Positions 29,001 to 36,893 of a stretch of DNA of 64,000 nt are shown here, piece after piece; position 1 is the stretch's first letter; every line of letters begins with the position of its first letter. Origin of the DNA: Polyangiaceae bacterium (lineage in GTDB: Bacteria; Myxococcota_A; Polyangia; Polyangiales; Polyangiaceae); NCBI GenBank assembly GCA_965222375.1, contig CBDCTZ010000016.1, positions 2,368,001 to 2,432,000 of the forward strand, read 5' to 3'. The position numbers and the translations under genes are program-made. The notes beneath the pieces are model-generated. The model made no database searches. It was not told the DNA's origin and worked only from the letters and a program-made list of their open reading frames with translations.

Positions 29001-30959
29001 AACAAGGCCCACTACATGGCCTTGAACTCCGGCGACGGCGCCTGTCTCGGCTGCTCGGAGAAGACGGTGCTGCATCTTTTCACTGCGACGGTCGAGGCGC
29101 TGATGCAGAAGCGTGTCGCCGCGCACCTCGAGAAGATCGAGGGCCTGATCGAGGGGCTCAAGAAACATGTGCAGGCGCGACTGGTTGGCAAGATGGACAT
29201 CAGTGATCCGACGACCCTCTCCGACGCGCTGGCCAAGCGCGCCGGCGAGGATATTACGCTGGCATCGATCGCCGACCAGATGGAGCAGGCCGCCGAGGGC
29301 GAGCCCATTGACCGCGAATGGCTGCAGGAGATCTCCCAGCTGATCGACAGGCTGCAGCAGTTGAAGTGGCGCTACACCAAGGGCACCACGGGTCGCGGTC
29401 GGGCGGCGTTGGGAATGATCAACTCCACGGGTTGCACGTCCGTCTGGGGCAGCACCTACCCCTTCAACCCCTATCCTTATCCCTGGGCGAACCACCTGTT
29501 TCAGGACACGCCGTCCATCTGCATCGGCGTGTTCGAAGGGCATATGTCCAAGATGGCCGAAGGCTTCAAAGCGATCCGGCGCGCGGAGTTGGAGCTGTCC
29601 GAGGAGTACGATCCCAAGACGCACGACGAGTTCCTGACCTACTTCGACTGGCGGGACTTCAGCGACGAAGAGTGGGAGCTGTGCCCGCCGGTGGTGGGCG
29701 TGGGTGGTGACGGGGCGATGTACGACATCGGCTTCCAGAATCTGTCGCGGCTGATGATGTCCGGCAAGCCCATCAAGACCGTGGTCGTGGACACGCAGGT
29801 GTACTCGAACACCGGCGGCCAGGCCTGCACGTCGGGCTGGACCGGTCAAGTCAGCGACATGGCGCAGTACGGCAAGGCGTACAAGGGCAAGGAGGAGATC
29901 CGCAAGGAGATCGGGCTCATCGGAATGGCGCATCGCACCACATGGGTGATGCAGGGGGCCATCTCCAATGCCAACCACCTGATCGAGGGGTTTATCCACG
30001 GTCTGAAGTCGCGGCGGCCAGCGCTGTTCAACATCTACACCTCCTGCCAGCCGGAGCACGGCATCGGCGACGACATGGGCTACGATCAGGCCAAGCTTGC
30101 GGTGGAGTCGCGGGCGTACCCGCTGTTCACCTACGACCCGGACAAAGGGCTGACGCCGCAGGAGTGCTTCGACCTCGAGGGCAACCCCGAGCCCGAGGCC
30201 GACTTTCCGAGTTACACGCTGAAGTATCGGGACGCACGGGGCGAGCGGGAGATGGAGCTGCCCTTCACTTTCGCCGACTTCGCGATGACCGAGGCGCGGT
30301 TTAGAAAACACTTCCGCAAGGCGCCTCAGGACACGTGGAACGACGACATGGTGCCGTTGCACGAATTCCTGCACCTGTCGGCGGAGGAGCGCGAGGGCAA
30401 GTACCCGTTCATCTGGATGGTGGACGACAAGCAACGGCTGGGGCGGCTGTTGGTGGCCGACCCGATAGTGCAGGCTACCGAGGACCGTCGGGCGTTCTGG
30501 ATCATGCTGAAGGCGATGAGCGAGGTGGCCGAGCCCGTTGCCGTCGAAACGGACGCGGACCAGGTGCGTGCGGAGACCGTGAACAAGATCGCGCAGGGGC
30601 TATTGCAGCTGGCCGGTGGCAGCGCGAGCGATGCGGCTGCAGGCCTGTCGGCGCTGGTCGGCGGCGACGCGGCCGCAGCGGCGTCGGGCAACGGAAAGGG
30701 CGGCGCTAGCGCCATGGAGCCCTGGATCGACAGTCCCGAGTGCACCGCGTGTGACGAGTGCATCAAGATAAACAAGAAGGCCTTCAAGTACAACAACGAG
30801 AAGAAGGCCGAGCTGGTGGATCCAAGCGCTGCCACCTACGCGCAGCTGGTCAAGGCGGCGGAGCTGTGCCCGGCACAGGTCATTCACCCGGGGCTACCGC
30901 CGGACCCGGACGCCCCGGGCATGGACAAGCTCATCGCGCGGGCCTCGAGCTTCAACTGA
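26043..30959 (+). CDS. Pyruvate:ferredoxin (2-oxoacid:acceptor) oxidoreductase, single chain with extra ferredoxin domain
   Basis: AYPITPST, EGEHAAAG, GGWGAIT, CTACGDC/CKGCMEC, GACLGC, TGCTSVWG, GGDGAMYDIG, YSNTGGQ; C-terminal CTACDEC..CP. Confidence 0.92.
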   Translation: MSERGQFKYPGTRAAMDGNTAVIMCERESTDAAGAYPITPSTQMGEYWAEETARGHLNVSNRPLIFVEPEGEHAAAGVTAGMAMSGLRAANFSSGQGIAYMHESLYAAVGKRLTYVLNIGARAMTKANLNVHAGHDDYHCVDDTGFFQLFAKNAQHAADLNIIAHRIAELALTPAVIAQDGFLTTHLIESLQVPERELIAEYLGRPDDIIDTPTAAQRMIYGDKRRRIPVLWDVDNPVMAGLVQNQDAYMQSVAAQRPFFFDHVGTLADQAFDEFYKLTGRRYSKVMPYRCDDADYLILSQGSVIPSAEAVTDYLRDTRKLKVGVVDLLMFRPFPAAELAQLVRGRKGVVVLERLDQPLAVDLPVVRELRAALAKCLENGRDPRQPQHPDLPTYAKLTDAPPIYSGSFGMGSRDLQPEGLIGAIENMLPDGPKKRFFYTSIDFVHKKPESPKLRLHQDTILQGYPGVKDLAVRGSENPNLMPKDSVTVRFHSVGGWGAITTGKNLAMTLFDLLGFHIKANPKYGSEKKGQPTTYYLSAAPEPIRINCEYFYVDVVLSPDPNVFKHTNALAGLREGGTFIIESDGRSPEEVWAYIPPMYQKVIIEKKIEVYALDGFNIARAEASDADLQLRMQGNVFQGAFFAASPVAEKAGLSETQLLEAIQAQMQSKFGSKGQRVVDDNMRVVRRGWDEVRKVPTQAVTEQQQGMRLLGPPLPPMLKRLPQSEAPMTDIHRFWEQTGAFYAAGRGDDQLTDPFIGLGVMPAVSSVFRDMTGIRFDHPEFIPENCTACGDCYTVCPDTAIPGLVSEVRSVFDTAIKRLRKRGKTLEHAPRASRSAEQILKGLLADSGKDANVDGLIDMAFEQAVNQADLDAAGKKQLESEFALVREELDGFQMAITRPHYTLLEKKAKGSGGLFSITINPYTCKGCMECVTVCNDDALRAVSQTEESIAKLRKTWDFWLDMPTTPERFIKIANLEEGIGTLSALLLNKAHYMALNSGDGACLGCSEKTVLHLFTATVEALMQKRVAAHLEKIEGLIEGLKKHVQARLVGKMDISDPTTLSDALAKRAGEDITLASIADQMEQAAEGEPIDREWLQEISQLIDRLQQLKWRYTKGTTGRGRAALGMINSTGCTSVWGSTYPFNPYPYPWANHLFQDTPSICIGVFEGHMSKMAEGFKAIRRAELELSEEYDPKTHDEFLTYFDWRDFSDEEWELCPPVVGVGGDGAMYDIGFQNLSRLMMSGKPIKTVVVDTQVYSNTGGQACTSGWTGQVSDMAQYGKAYKGKEEIRKEIGLIGMAHRTTWVMQGAISNANHLIEGFIHGLKSRRPALFNIYTSCQPEHGIGDDMGYDQAKLAVESRAYPLFTYDPDKGLTPQECFDLEGNPEPEADFPSYTLKYRDARGEREMELPFTFADFAMTEARFRKHFRKAPQDTWNDDMVPLHEFLHLSAEEREGKYPFIWMVDDKQRLGRLLVADPIVQATEDRRAFWIMLKAMSEVAEPVAVETDADQVRAETVNKIAQGLLQLAGGSASDAAAGLSALVGGDAAAAASGNGKGGASAMEPWIDSPECTACDECIKINKKAFKYNNEKKAELVDPSAATYAQLVKAAELCPAQVIHPGLPPDPDAPGMDKLIARASSFN

Positions 30960-32323
30960 TGAACCTGTTGGCGCGCCTCTTCGGCGCGGACAAGAGCTTT
31001 CGGCACGGGATCCACCCAGCCGAGGCCAAGGATGCCACCAAGGATCTGGCCATCCGGCAATTCCCGTTTGCGCCGCTCCTGGCCGTGCCGCTGTCCCAGC
31101 ACATCGGCAAGCCCGCTGTGGCTTGCGTGCGGGAGGGTGAGGAGGTGGTCCGGGGTCAGCCCATCGGGGAGGCCGATGGGTGGATGTCGGTAAACATGCA
31201 CGCGCCGGTGTCGGGGGTCGTGCGCAGCCTCGCGCTGATGCCCAACGTGCAGGGCAAGATGGTGCCCGGCGTTTACATCGAGCCGTTTCCCGGTTCCACC
31301 CAGGAGGTGGCAGTGGGGCCCGGCTGCGATTGGAAGACGGCCTCGCCCGGGGAGATCCTCTCGGCCGTGCAGTCAGCCGGGATCGTGGGCCTGGGGGGCG
31401 CAGGCTTTCCCACCCACGCCAAGCTCAAGGTGCCCGACGAAAAGAAGATCGACACGCTGATCCTCAATGGCGCGGAGTGCGAGCCGTGGCTGACGACGGA
31501 TCACCGGGTCATGCTCGAGCAGCAGGAGGACATGTTCGAGGGGATCCGGTACTGCTTGAAGGTCACCGGTGCCGAGCGCTGCATCATCGGCGTGGAGGCC
31601 AACAAGACCGACGCGGCGGAATCCCTGCGCAAGGCGCTCGAGGCCCCCGACTACTCGGATCTCCCAGTGGAGGTCGAGGTCGTGGAGGTGAAATACCCCC
31701 AGGGCGCCGAGAAGATGCTGATCAAGTCGCTGCTTGGTCGGGAGGTTCCAGCCCGCGGTCTACCGATGGAGGTCGGGGTGGTGGTGATCAACGTGGCCAC
31801 CACCGCGGAGATCGGAGCTCTGCTGCCCTGGGGGCGCGGGATCCAAGAGCGGGTCATCACCATCTCGGGTCCGGGGGTGGTGGACAAGGGCAACTACCGC
31901 ATTCCCATCGGGACCACTTTGCGGTTCGTACTCGAAAACGTCGGCACCACCGACGACATCACGCGCGTGTTCATGGGCGGTCCGATGATGGGCAACGCTG
32001 TCGGGCACCTGGACGTGCCCGTCACCAAGGGCACCAGCGGCGTGGTGGCGTTCACGGAAGCGGAGACGGGGCGGCAGAGCACGATCCGTCCGCAACCATG
32101 TATCCGCTGCGCGAAGTGCCTGGAAGCTTGCCCGATGTTTCTCAATCCATCGGAGTTGGGCGTGCTTGCCGTAGCGGGCGAATACGAGCGCATGGGAGAC
32201 CAGCTGTCGCTGTGGGACTGCTTTGAATGCGGCAGCTGCAGCTTCGTGTGCCCTTCCCACATCCCGCTCGTGCAGCACTTCCGGGTCGCCAAGGCGGAGC
32301 TCCGCAAACGGGGAACATCCTGA
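30959..32323 (+). CDS. rnfC: Rnf complex subunit C
   Basis: PLSQHIG, GIVGLGGAGFPT, NGAECEP, KYPQGAEK, CIRCAKC..CP, CFECGSC. Confidence 0.95.
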   Translation: MNLLARLFGADKSFRHGIHPAEAKDATKDLAIRQFPFAPLLAVPLSQHIGKPAVACVREGEEVVRGQPIGEADGWMSVNMHAPVSGVVRSLALMPNVQGKMVPGVYIEPFPGSTQEVAVGPGCDWKTASPGEILSAVQSAGIVGLGGAGFPTHAKLKVPDEKKIDTLILNGAECEPWLTTDHRVMLEQQEDMFEGIRYCLKVTGAERCIIGVEANKTDAAESLRKALEAPDYSDLPVEVEVVEVKYPQGAEKMLIKSLLGREVPARGLPMEVGVVVINVATTAEIGALLPWGRGIQERVITISGPGVVDKGNYRIPIGTTLRFVLENVGTTDDITRVFMGGPMMGNAVGHLDVPVTKGTSGVVAFTEAETGRQSTIRPQPCIRCAKCLEACPMFLNPSELGVLAVAGEYERMGDQLSLWDCFECGSCSFVCPSHIPLVQHFRVAKAELRKRGTS

Positions 32324-34158
32324 TGGCAGTGCCGGGCAAGACCCTCGAGATCCAATCCTCTCCGCATGTCATCGGCGACAACAGCGTCGCGAGAATCATG
32401 TGGCACGTGGCGGCGGCCCTCGCGCCGGTCACGGTGTTCGCGGTGATCTCCTTCGGCCTCACCGGGCTGATTACCCTACTGGGTGCTGTAGGGGCCTGCG
32501 TCGCCACCGAGCACCTGTTGACGCGCAACACGGAGGGCGGGAGCACGATCGGAGACGGCTCCGGGTTCGTGACGGGGCTGCTCTACGGCTTGATACTTCC
32601 GCCGGCTCTGCCGCTGTGGATCGTGTGTGTGGGCGGGGTGATCTGCATCTGGCTGGGCAAGTGGTTCTTCGGCGGGTTGGGCGCCAACTCGTTCAACCCA
32701 GCGTTGGTCGGCCGCGCCGTGCTGCAGGCCGCGTTCCCAATCCCCATGACGAGCTGGTACGCGTCCTTCGCCGGCGATCGCTTCACCCACGTGGCGCAGT
32801 CGGTGTACACGCCGCCGCTGACGGCCCCGCCGGAGGTGGACATCATCTCGGCGGCGACGCCCCTGTCAGCCTGGAAGTTCGACGGGCAGGCCACACAGGT
32901 GTCCGATCTACTCCTGGGCACGACCACCGGGTCGTCCGGCGAGACCAGCGCGGTGTTGATCCTGGCTGGAGGCGCGTGGCTTCTGTACCGCAAGCTGATC
33001 AACTGGCGCACGCCGGTGGCCATTCTGGGCACCGCTGCGTTGCTTGCCGCCATCTTCCACTTGGTGGATCCGACTCGGTACCCCACGCCGCAGTTCGTGC
33101 TGCTGTCGGGCGGATTGATGATCGGCGCGGTGTTCATGGCCACGGATGGGGTGGGATCGCCGCTGACCAATCGGGGCTGCGTGATAGTGGGTGCCCTGAT
33201 CGCGATGCTCACGATCGCGATCCGATATTGGGGCGGCATGCCCGAAGGGGTGATGTACGCGCTGCTCTTGGGCAACGCCGCGTCGCCACACATCGACGCG
33301 CTGATCCAGCCAAAGGTTTTCGGCGCGCGGGGTCGCAAGGCCCCAGAACTCAAGCCGGCGCCGGCCAAAGCGCTCGCCGAAAAAGCCGAGGCCAAAACGG
33401 CGGACGCCAAGCGGGCGGAGTCGGACGATGGCGAGTCCGCAGCGGCGGACAGCCTCGCTGCGGGCGCCACGGCCTTCGAGGCGCCCGCTCCGCCCAAGGC
33501 GTGGCCGATGTACCGAGCACTGGTGGGTGTGGGGCTGCTCTGCGGTCTACTGATTGTGGGCGTGTTCACGTACACGCGGCCCATCATCGAAACGAACCGC
33601 GCCGAGGCGCTGCAGGCCGCGATCTTTCGGGTGCTGCCGGGAGCCAAGAGCAGCCAAACCTACGAGCTGCTGCCCAGTGGAAGTTTCGCATCCCTGGACA
33701 AAGGCAAGAAGGCCACCGATGTGGTCCACGCGGGGTTCGGAGAGGACGGCAAGCTGGTGGGCGTGGCACTCGAGGCGAGCGGCATGGGCTACCAAGACAT
33801 CGTGTCCGTGCTGGTGGGTTACGCGCCGGACAAAGATGCCATCGTGGGCATGGAGGTGCTGACCAGCCGAGAGACACCGGGGATCGGCGACCGGGTCGAG
33901 AAAGAAGCCGCGTACCTGAGCAACTTCGAGAAGCTGGACGTGAAGCTGAGCGACGACGGTAGCAAGTTGGCGCACCCCATCGAAGTGGTGAAGCCCGGTG
34001 AGAAGACCAGCCCCTGGCAGGTGGACACCATTTCGGGTGCCACCATCACCTCCAAGGCAATAGGCAAGATGATCGGGCGCAGCGCAGAGCGGTGGGTTCC
34101 GAAGGTCAAGAAGTCGGCCGCGAGCTTCCAGTCGGCGGCCGCGGGAGAGTCCAAATGA
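32323..34158 (+). CDS. rnfD/rnfG: RnfD-RnfG in one reading frame (fusion or 1-bp deletion)
   Basis: RnfD motifs SSPH, FNPALVGR, SAATPL, GETS, FMATD; then linker; RnfG motifs ETPGIG, ISGATITS. Confidence 0.85.
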   Translation: MAVPGKTLEIQSSPHVIGDNSVARIMWHVAAALAPVTVFAVISFGLTGLITLLGAVGACVATEHLLTRNTEGGSTIGDGSGFVTGLLYGLILPPALPLWIVCVGGVICIWLGKWFFGGLGANSFNPALVGRAVLQAAFPIPMTSWYASFAGDRFTHVAQSVYTPPLTAPPEVDIISAATPLSAWKFDGQATQVSDLLLGTTTGSSGETSAVLILAGGAWLLYRKLINWRTPVAILGTAALLAAIFHLVDPTRYPTPQFVLLSGGLMIGAVFMATDGVGSPLTNRGCVIVGALIAMLTIAIRYWGGMPEGVMYALLLGNAASPHIDALIQPKVFGARGRKAPELKPAPAKALAEKAEAKTADAKRAESDDGESAAADSLAAGATAFEAPAPPKAWPMYRALVGVGLLCGLLIVGVFTYTRPIIETNRAEALQAAIFRVLPGAKSSQTYELLPSGSFASLDKGKKATDVVHAGFGEDGKLVGVALEASGMGYQDIVSVLVGYAPDKDAIVGMEVLTSRETPGIGDRVEKEAAYLSNFEKLDVKLSDDGSKLAHPIEVVKPGEKTSPWQVDTISGATITSKAIGKMIGRSAERWVPKVKKSAASFQSAAAGESK

Positions 34159-34820
34159 GTGACGCCGAGGCGCAGACGCCGAGCACGGACGAGTTCATCA
34201 AAGGCTTGTGGCGTGACAATCCGGTCTTCGTGCAGCTGCTCGGGATGTGCCCGGTGCTGGCGGTGACCAACACGGCCATCAACGGTCTGGCGATGGGGCT
34301 GGCCAGCATGGGCGTGCTGCTGGGCTCGAACACGGTAGTGTCGCTTCTGCGCCACTTCATCCCCAAGCAGGTCCGGATCGTGACCTACATCCTGATCATC
34401 GCGACCTTCGTGACCGTGGTGGACTACACGATCGCCGCGATCAGCCTGCCCCTGCACAATGCGCTAGGCGCCTTCATCGCGCTGATCGTGGTCAACTGCT
34501 TGATCTTGGGTCGGGCGGAGGCCTTCGCCTCCAAGAACACATTGGGTCGGTCGGTGCTGGACGCCCTCGGAATGGGCGTGGGTTTCACCATCGCGCTGCT
34601 CTGCCTGGGCGGCGTACGCGAGCTGCTCGGCAGCGGTTCGCTGTTCGGGGTCTCCCTCGTGCACAAGGGCTTCCAACCCTGGGTGATCATGGTCCTGCCC
34701 AGCGGCGGCTTCTTCACCTTGGCGGGCTGGCTGGCGCTGTTCAATTGGCGCAAGGAGCGCCAAGAGCGCAAAGAGCGCAAACAGGCATCGCCGAAACCAG
34801 CGCAGGAGGTGCCCGCATGA
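34155..34820 (+). CDS. rnfE: Rnf complex subunit E
   Basis: NPVFVQLLGMCPVLAV, LIVVNCLILGRAEAFA, RELLG. Confidence 0.95.
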   Translation: MSDAEAQTPSTDEFIKGLWRDNPVFVQLLGMCPVLAVTNTAINGLAMGLASMGVLLGSNTVVSLLRHFIPKQVRIVTYILIIATFVTVVDYTIAAISLPLHNALGAFIALIVVNCLILGRAEAFASKNTLGRSVLDALGMGVGFTIALLCLGGVRELLGSGSLFGVSLVHKGFQPWVIMVLPSGGFFTLAGWLALFNWRKERQERKERKQASPKPAQEVPA

Positions 34821-35398
34821 ATGATGAAGCGCTCTGGCAAACGTTCCTCAACGCGTGCCTGATCAACAACTTCGTGCTGGCCTACTTCCTGGGGATCTGC
34901 CCCTTCTTGGGCGTGAGCGCCAAGATGGAGACAGCCACCCGCATGGGCGGCGCGGTGATCTTCGTGATGCTGGTGGCCTCCACTGCCGCTTTCGGAATCA
35001 ATCACCTGCTGGTTGCCATCGACGCGCCCTATCTGCAGCTGCTCAGCTTCATCGCCGTGATCGCGTCCACGGTTCAGTTGGTGGAGATGTTCATCAAGAA
35101 GGTCAGCCCCACGCTGTTCCGCGCCCTGGGCATCTTCTTACCGCTGATCACCACCAACTGCGCCATCTTGGGCCTGGCGCTCTTCCAGACCCAGAAGGGC
35201 TACGATCTGATCCACTGTGTGGCCTACGCACTCGGCGCGGGCGTGGGCTTCACCTTGGCCCTGGTTCTGCTAGCGGGGATCCGCGAGCGCGTGCCGCTTC
35301 ACAAGCCACCCGCCATCGCCAAGGGCGCGGCCATCACCTTGGCCGTCGCCGGCATCTTGAGCGTGACCTTCATGGGCTTCGCCGGGTTGGGGGGCTAG
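34817..35398 (+). CDS. rnfA: Rnf complex subunit A
   Basis: NNFVLAYFLGICPFLG, LGIFLPLITTNCAILG, GIRER. Confidence 0.95.
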   Translation: MNDEALWQTFLNACLINNFVLAYFLGICPFLGVSAKMETATRMGGAVIFVMLVASTAAFGINHLLVAIDAPYLQLLSFIAVIASTVQLVEMFIKKVSPTLFRALGIFLPLITTNCAILGLALFQTQKGYDLIHCVAYALGAGVGFTLALVLLAGIRERVPLHKPPAIAKGAAITLAVAGILSVTFMGFAGLGG

Positions 35399-35429
35399 CC
35401 GATATGTGGGCTAAGATGAGGAGCGCGCA

Positions 35430-35666
35430 GTGGTCTGGATAGTCCTCAAAGCGGTGCTGCTGGTCACCGGCTTGCTGGTCGCCATGGCCAGCGTCGACTT
35501 GCTGTGGCGCCGCACGATGGGCAAGTGCGCCGGCGGCAAGGTCGGCGGCTGCGGCACGGGCTGTATGTGCGTGCGCCGCTTTCAGGACGAGGGACCGTCC
35601 GAGCAGGACGCGCCGATCGTCCTGGGCACCCGCCGCCCGGACGAAGGCCAAAACGCCTCGCGTTGA
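35430..35666 (+). CDS. Small membrane protein with Cys cluster
   Basis: GAGGAG RBS, TM helix, KCAGGKVGGCGTGCMC. Confidence 0.55.
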   Translation: MVWIVLKAVLLVTGLLVAMASVDLLWRRTMGKCAGGKVGGCGTGCMCVRRFQDEGPSEQDAPIVLGTRRPDEGQNASR

Positions 35667-35706
35667 TCAAGTGCACCCTGCAAGAAGGCAACGGACTTCC
35701 GGCTAT

Positions 35707-35757
35707 GGGTTTGGTTTGGGATTGAGTCGTATTTGGCGCTCCCCGTGGACTGCGCGG
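35707..35757 (-). mobile_element. R end (copy E), partial
   Basis: Reverse strand reads CCGCGCAGTCCACGGGGAGCGCCAAATACGACTCAATCCCAAACCAAACCCA. Confidence 0.7.
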
Positions 35758-35832
35758 TCCTCGGTTTTCCCCAGCACCTGGACGAGCTTCGGACGGAACG
35801 CTGCGTTTCGGGCGGCGCGCCGCGAGTCCGTT

Positions 35833-36624
35833 CTAGTTGCAGGGTGCGGCGCCTGCGGCGTGGAGGCAGTGAATGCTGTTTGGGTCTGGAACCGTCACCA
35901 AGCCGAGGTGAGTTTCGACGCAGGTCTGACGCGTCGCGATGTAGCCGTCGTACTTCGTGACACAGTCCTTGGTGTTGGCGTAGTGCCCGCTCTTCCCAAA
36001 GCTGCATTGGGCTTCGTACTTCGCGCAGAAGGTGGCCGCTGCAGAGCTGCCGCCGGTGCCGCCCGTGTTGGCGCCGCCGGTACCACCACTGCTCGCGCCC
36101 CCGGAACTCGCGCCACCAGAGCTCGCGCCGCCGGTACCACCACTGCTCGCGCCGCCGGTATTCGCGCCGCCGGTCCCACCGCTGCTAGCGCCGCCGGTGT
36201 TGGCGCCGCCAGTACCACCGCTGCTCGCGCCGCCCGTGGATCCGGCGCTGCCCCCGGAGCTCGATCCCGCGGTGCCGCCTGTGGACCCGGCGCTGCCGCC
36301 GGAGCTCGATCCCGCAGTGCCGCCTGAGCTGCTGCCGGCGGAGCCAGCGCTGCCGGCGGAGCCAGCGCTGCCGGCGGAGCCAGCGCTGCCGCCTGAGCTC
36401 GAGCCCGCGGTGCCACCGGAGCTGCTTCCCGCGCTGCCACCGGAACTCGTGCCACCGGAGCTCGTGCCGCCGGAGCTGGTGCCGCCGGAGCTGGTGCCGC
36501 CGGAGCTGGTGCCGCCCGCCCCCCCGGTCGCCGAACTCCCGCCAGTGTCGTCATCACTCCCGCATCCGACAGCTGCGATGCTGCAAAACCCCAACGCGAT
36601 CACCCACGAGTGTTTGAAAGCCAT
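35833..36624 (-). CDS. Lipoprotein with long Gly/Ser/Thr linker and small Cys-rich C-terminal domain
   Basis: AVGC lipobox; (GGTSS)n; FCAKY..C...CVETHL...HCLHAAG..PC. Confidence 0.75.
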   Translation of the reverse strand: MAFKHSWVIALGFCSIAAVGCGSDDDTGGSSATGGAGGTSSGGTSSGGTSSGGTSSGGTSSGGSAGSSSGGTAGSSSGGSAGSAGSAGSAGSAGSAGSSSGGTAGSSSGGSAGSTGGTAGSSSGGSAGSTGGASSGGTGGANTGGASSGGTGGANTGGASSGGTGGASSGGASSGGASSGGTGGANTGGTGGSSAAATFCAKYEAQCSFGKSGHYANTKDCVTKYDGYIATRQTCVETHLGLVTVPDPNSIHCLHAAGAAPCN

Positions 36625-36735
36625 GCGCGCGATAGTAGCGCAAATCCGAGGCTTGGCCGCCGCCATATCCGAGGACGCGGTTGTGGCGCCGAAGCCACGG
36701 GCCGAGGCGGGTGATTCATTCACAACGGCTTCCTC

Positions 36736-36807
36736 GTCGTATTGGGAACACACCTTGGGCCGCGACCCACCCCTGTCGCGGGCTGCACAGGGAGCACCAA
36801 ATACGAC
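36736..36807 (+). mobile_element. 72-bp minimal element (L4 + R copy F) with terminal inverted repeats
   Basis: TC|GTCGTATTGGG...CCAAATACGAC|TC, followed by AAACCCAACC. Confidence 0.6.
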
Positions 36808-36840
36808 TCAAACCCAACCAGGAAGTGCTGAAGACCGCGC

Positions 36841-36871
36841 CTCACCGCATGGGTTGCCGATGAATCGGCGG
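36841..36871 (+). mobile_element. L end (L5)
   Basis: CTC|ACCGCATGGGTTGCCGATGAATCGGCGG. Confidence 0.45.
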
Positions 36872-36893
36872 CATTTGGCGCTATGCTCGGGCC

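Noticed and set aside
26046..33962. Long alternative-frame and antisense ORFs over PFOR/rnf genes (e.g. 28983-30434, 32223-33962)
   Set aside because: Shadow ORFs expected from high GC3; no motifs.
5930..36820. R repeats as a CRISPR array or integron attC sites
   Set aside because: They are kilobases apart, in both orientations, with no spacers or cas genes, no RYYYAAC..GTTRRRY box structure and no intI.
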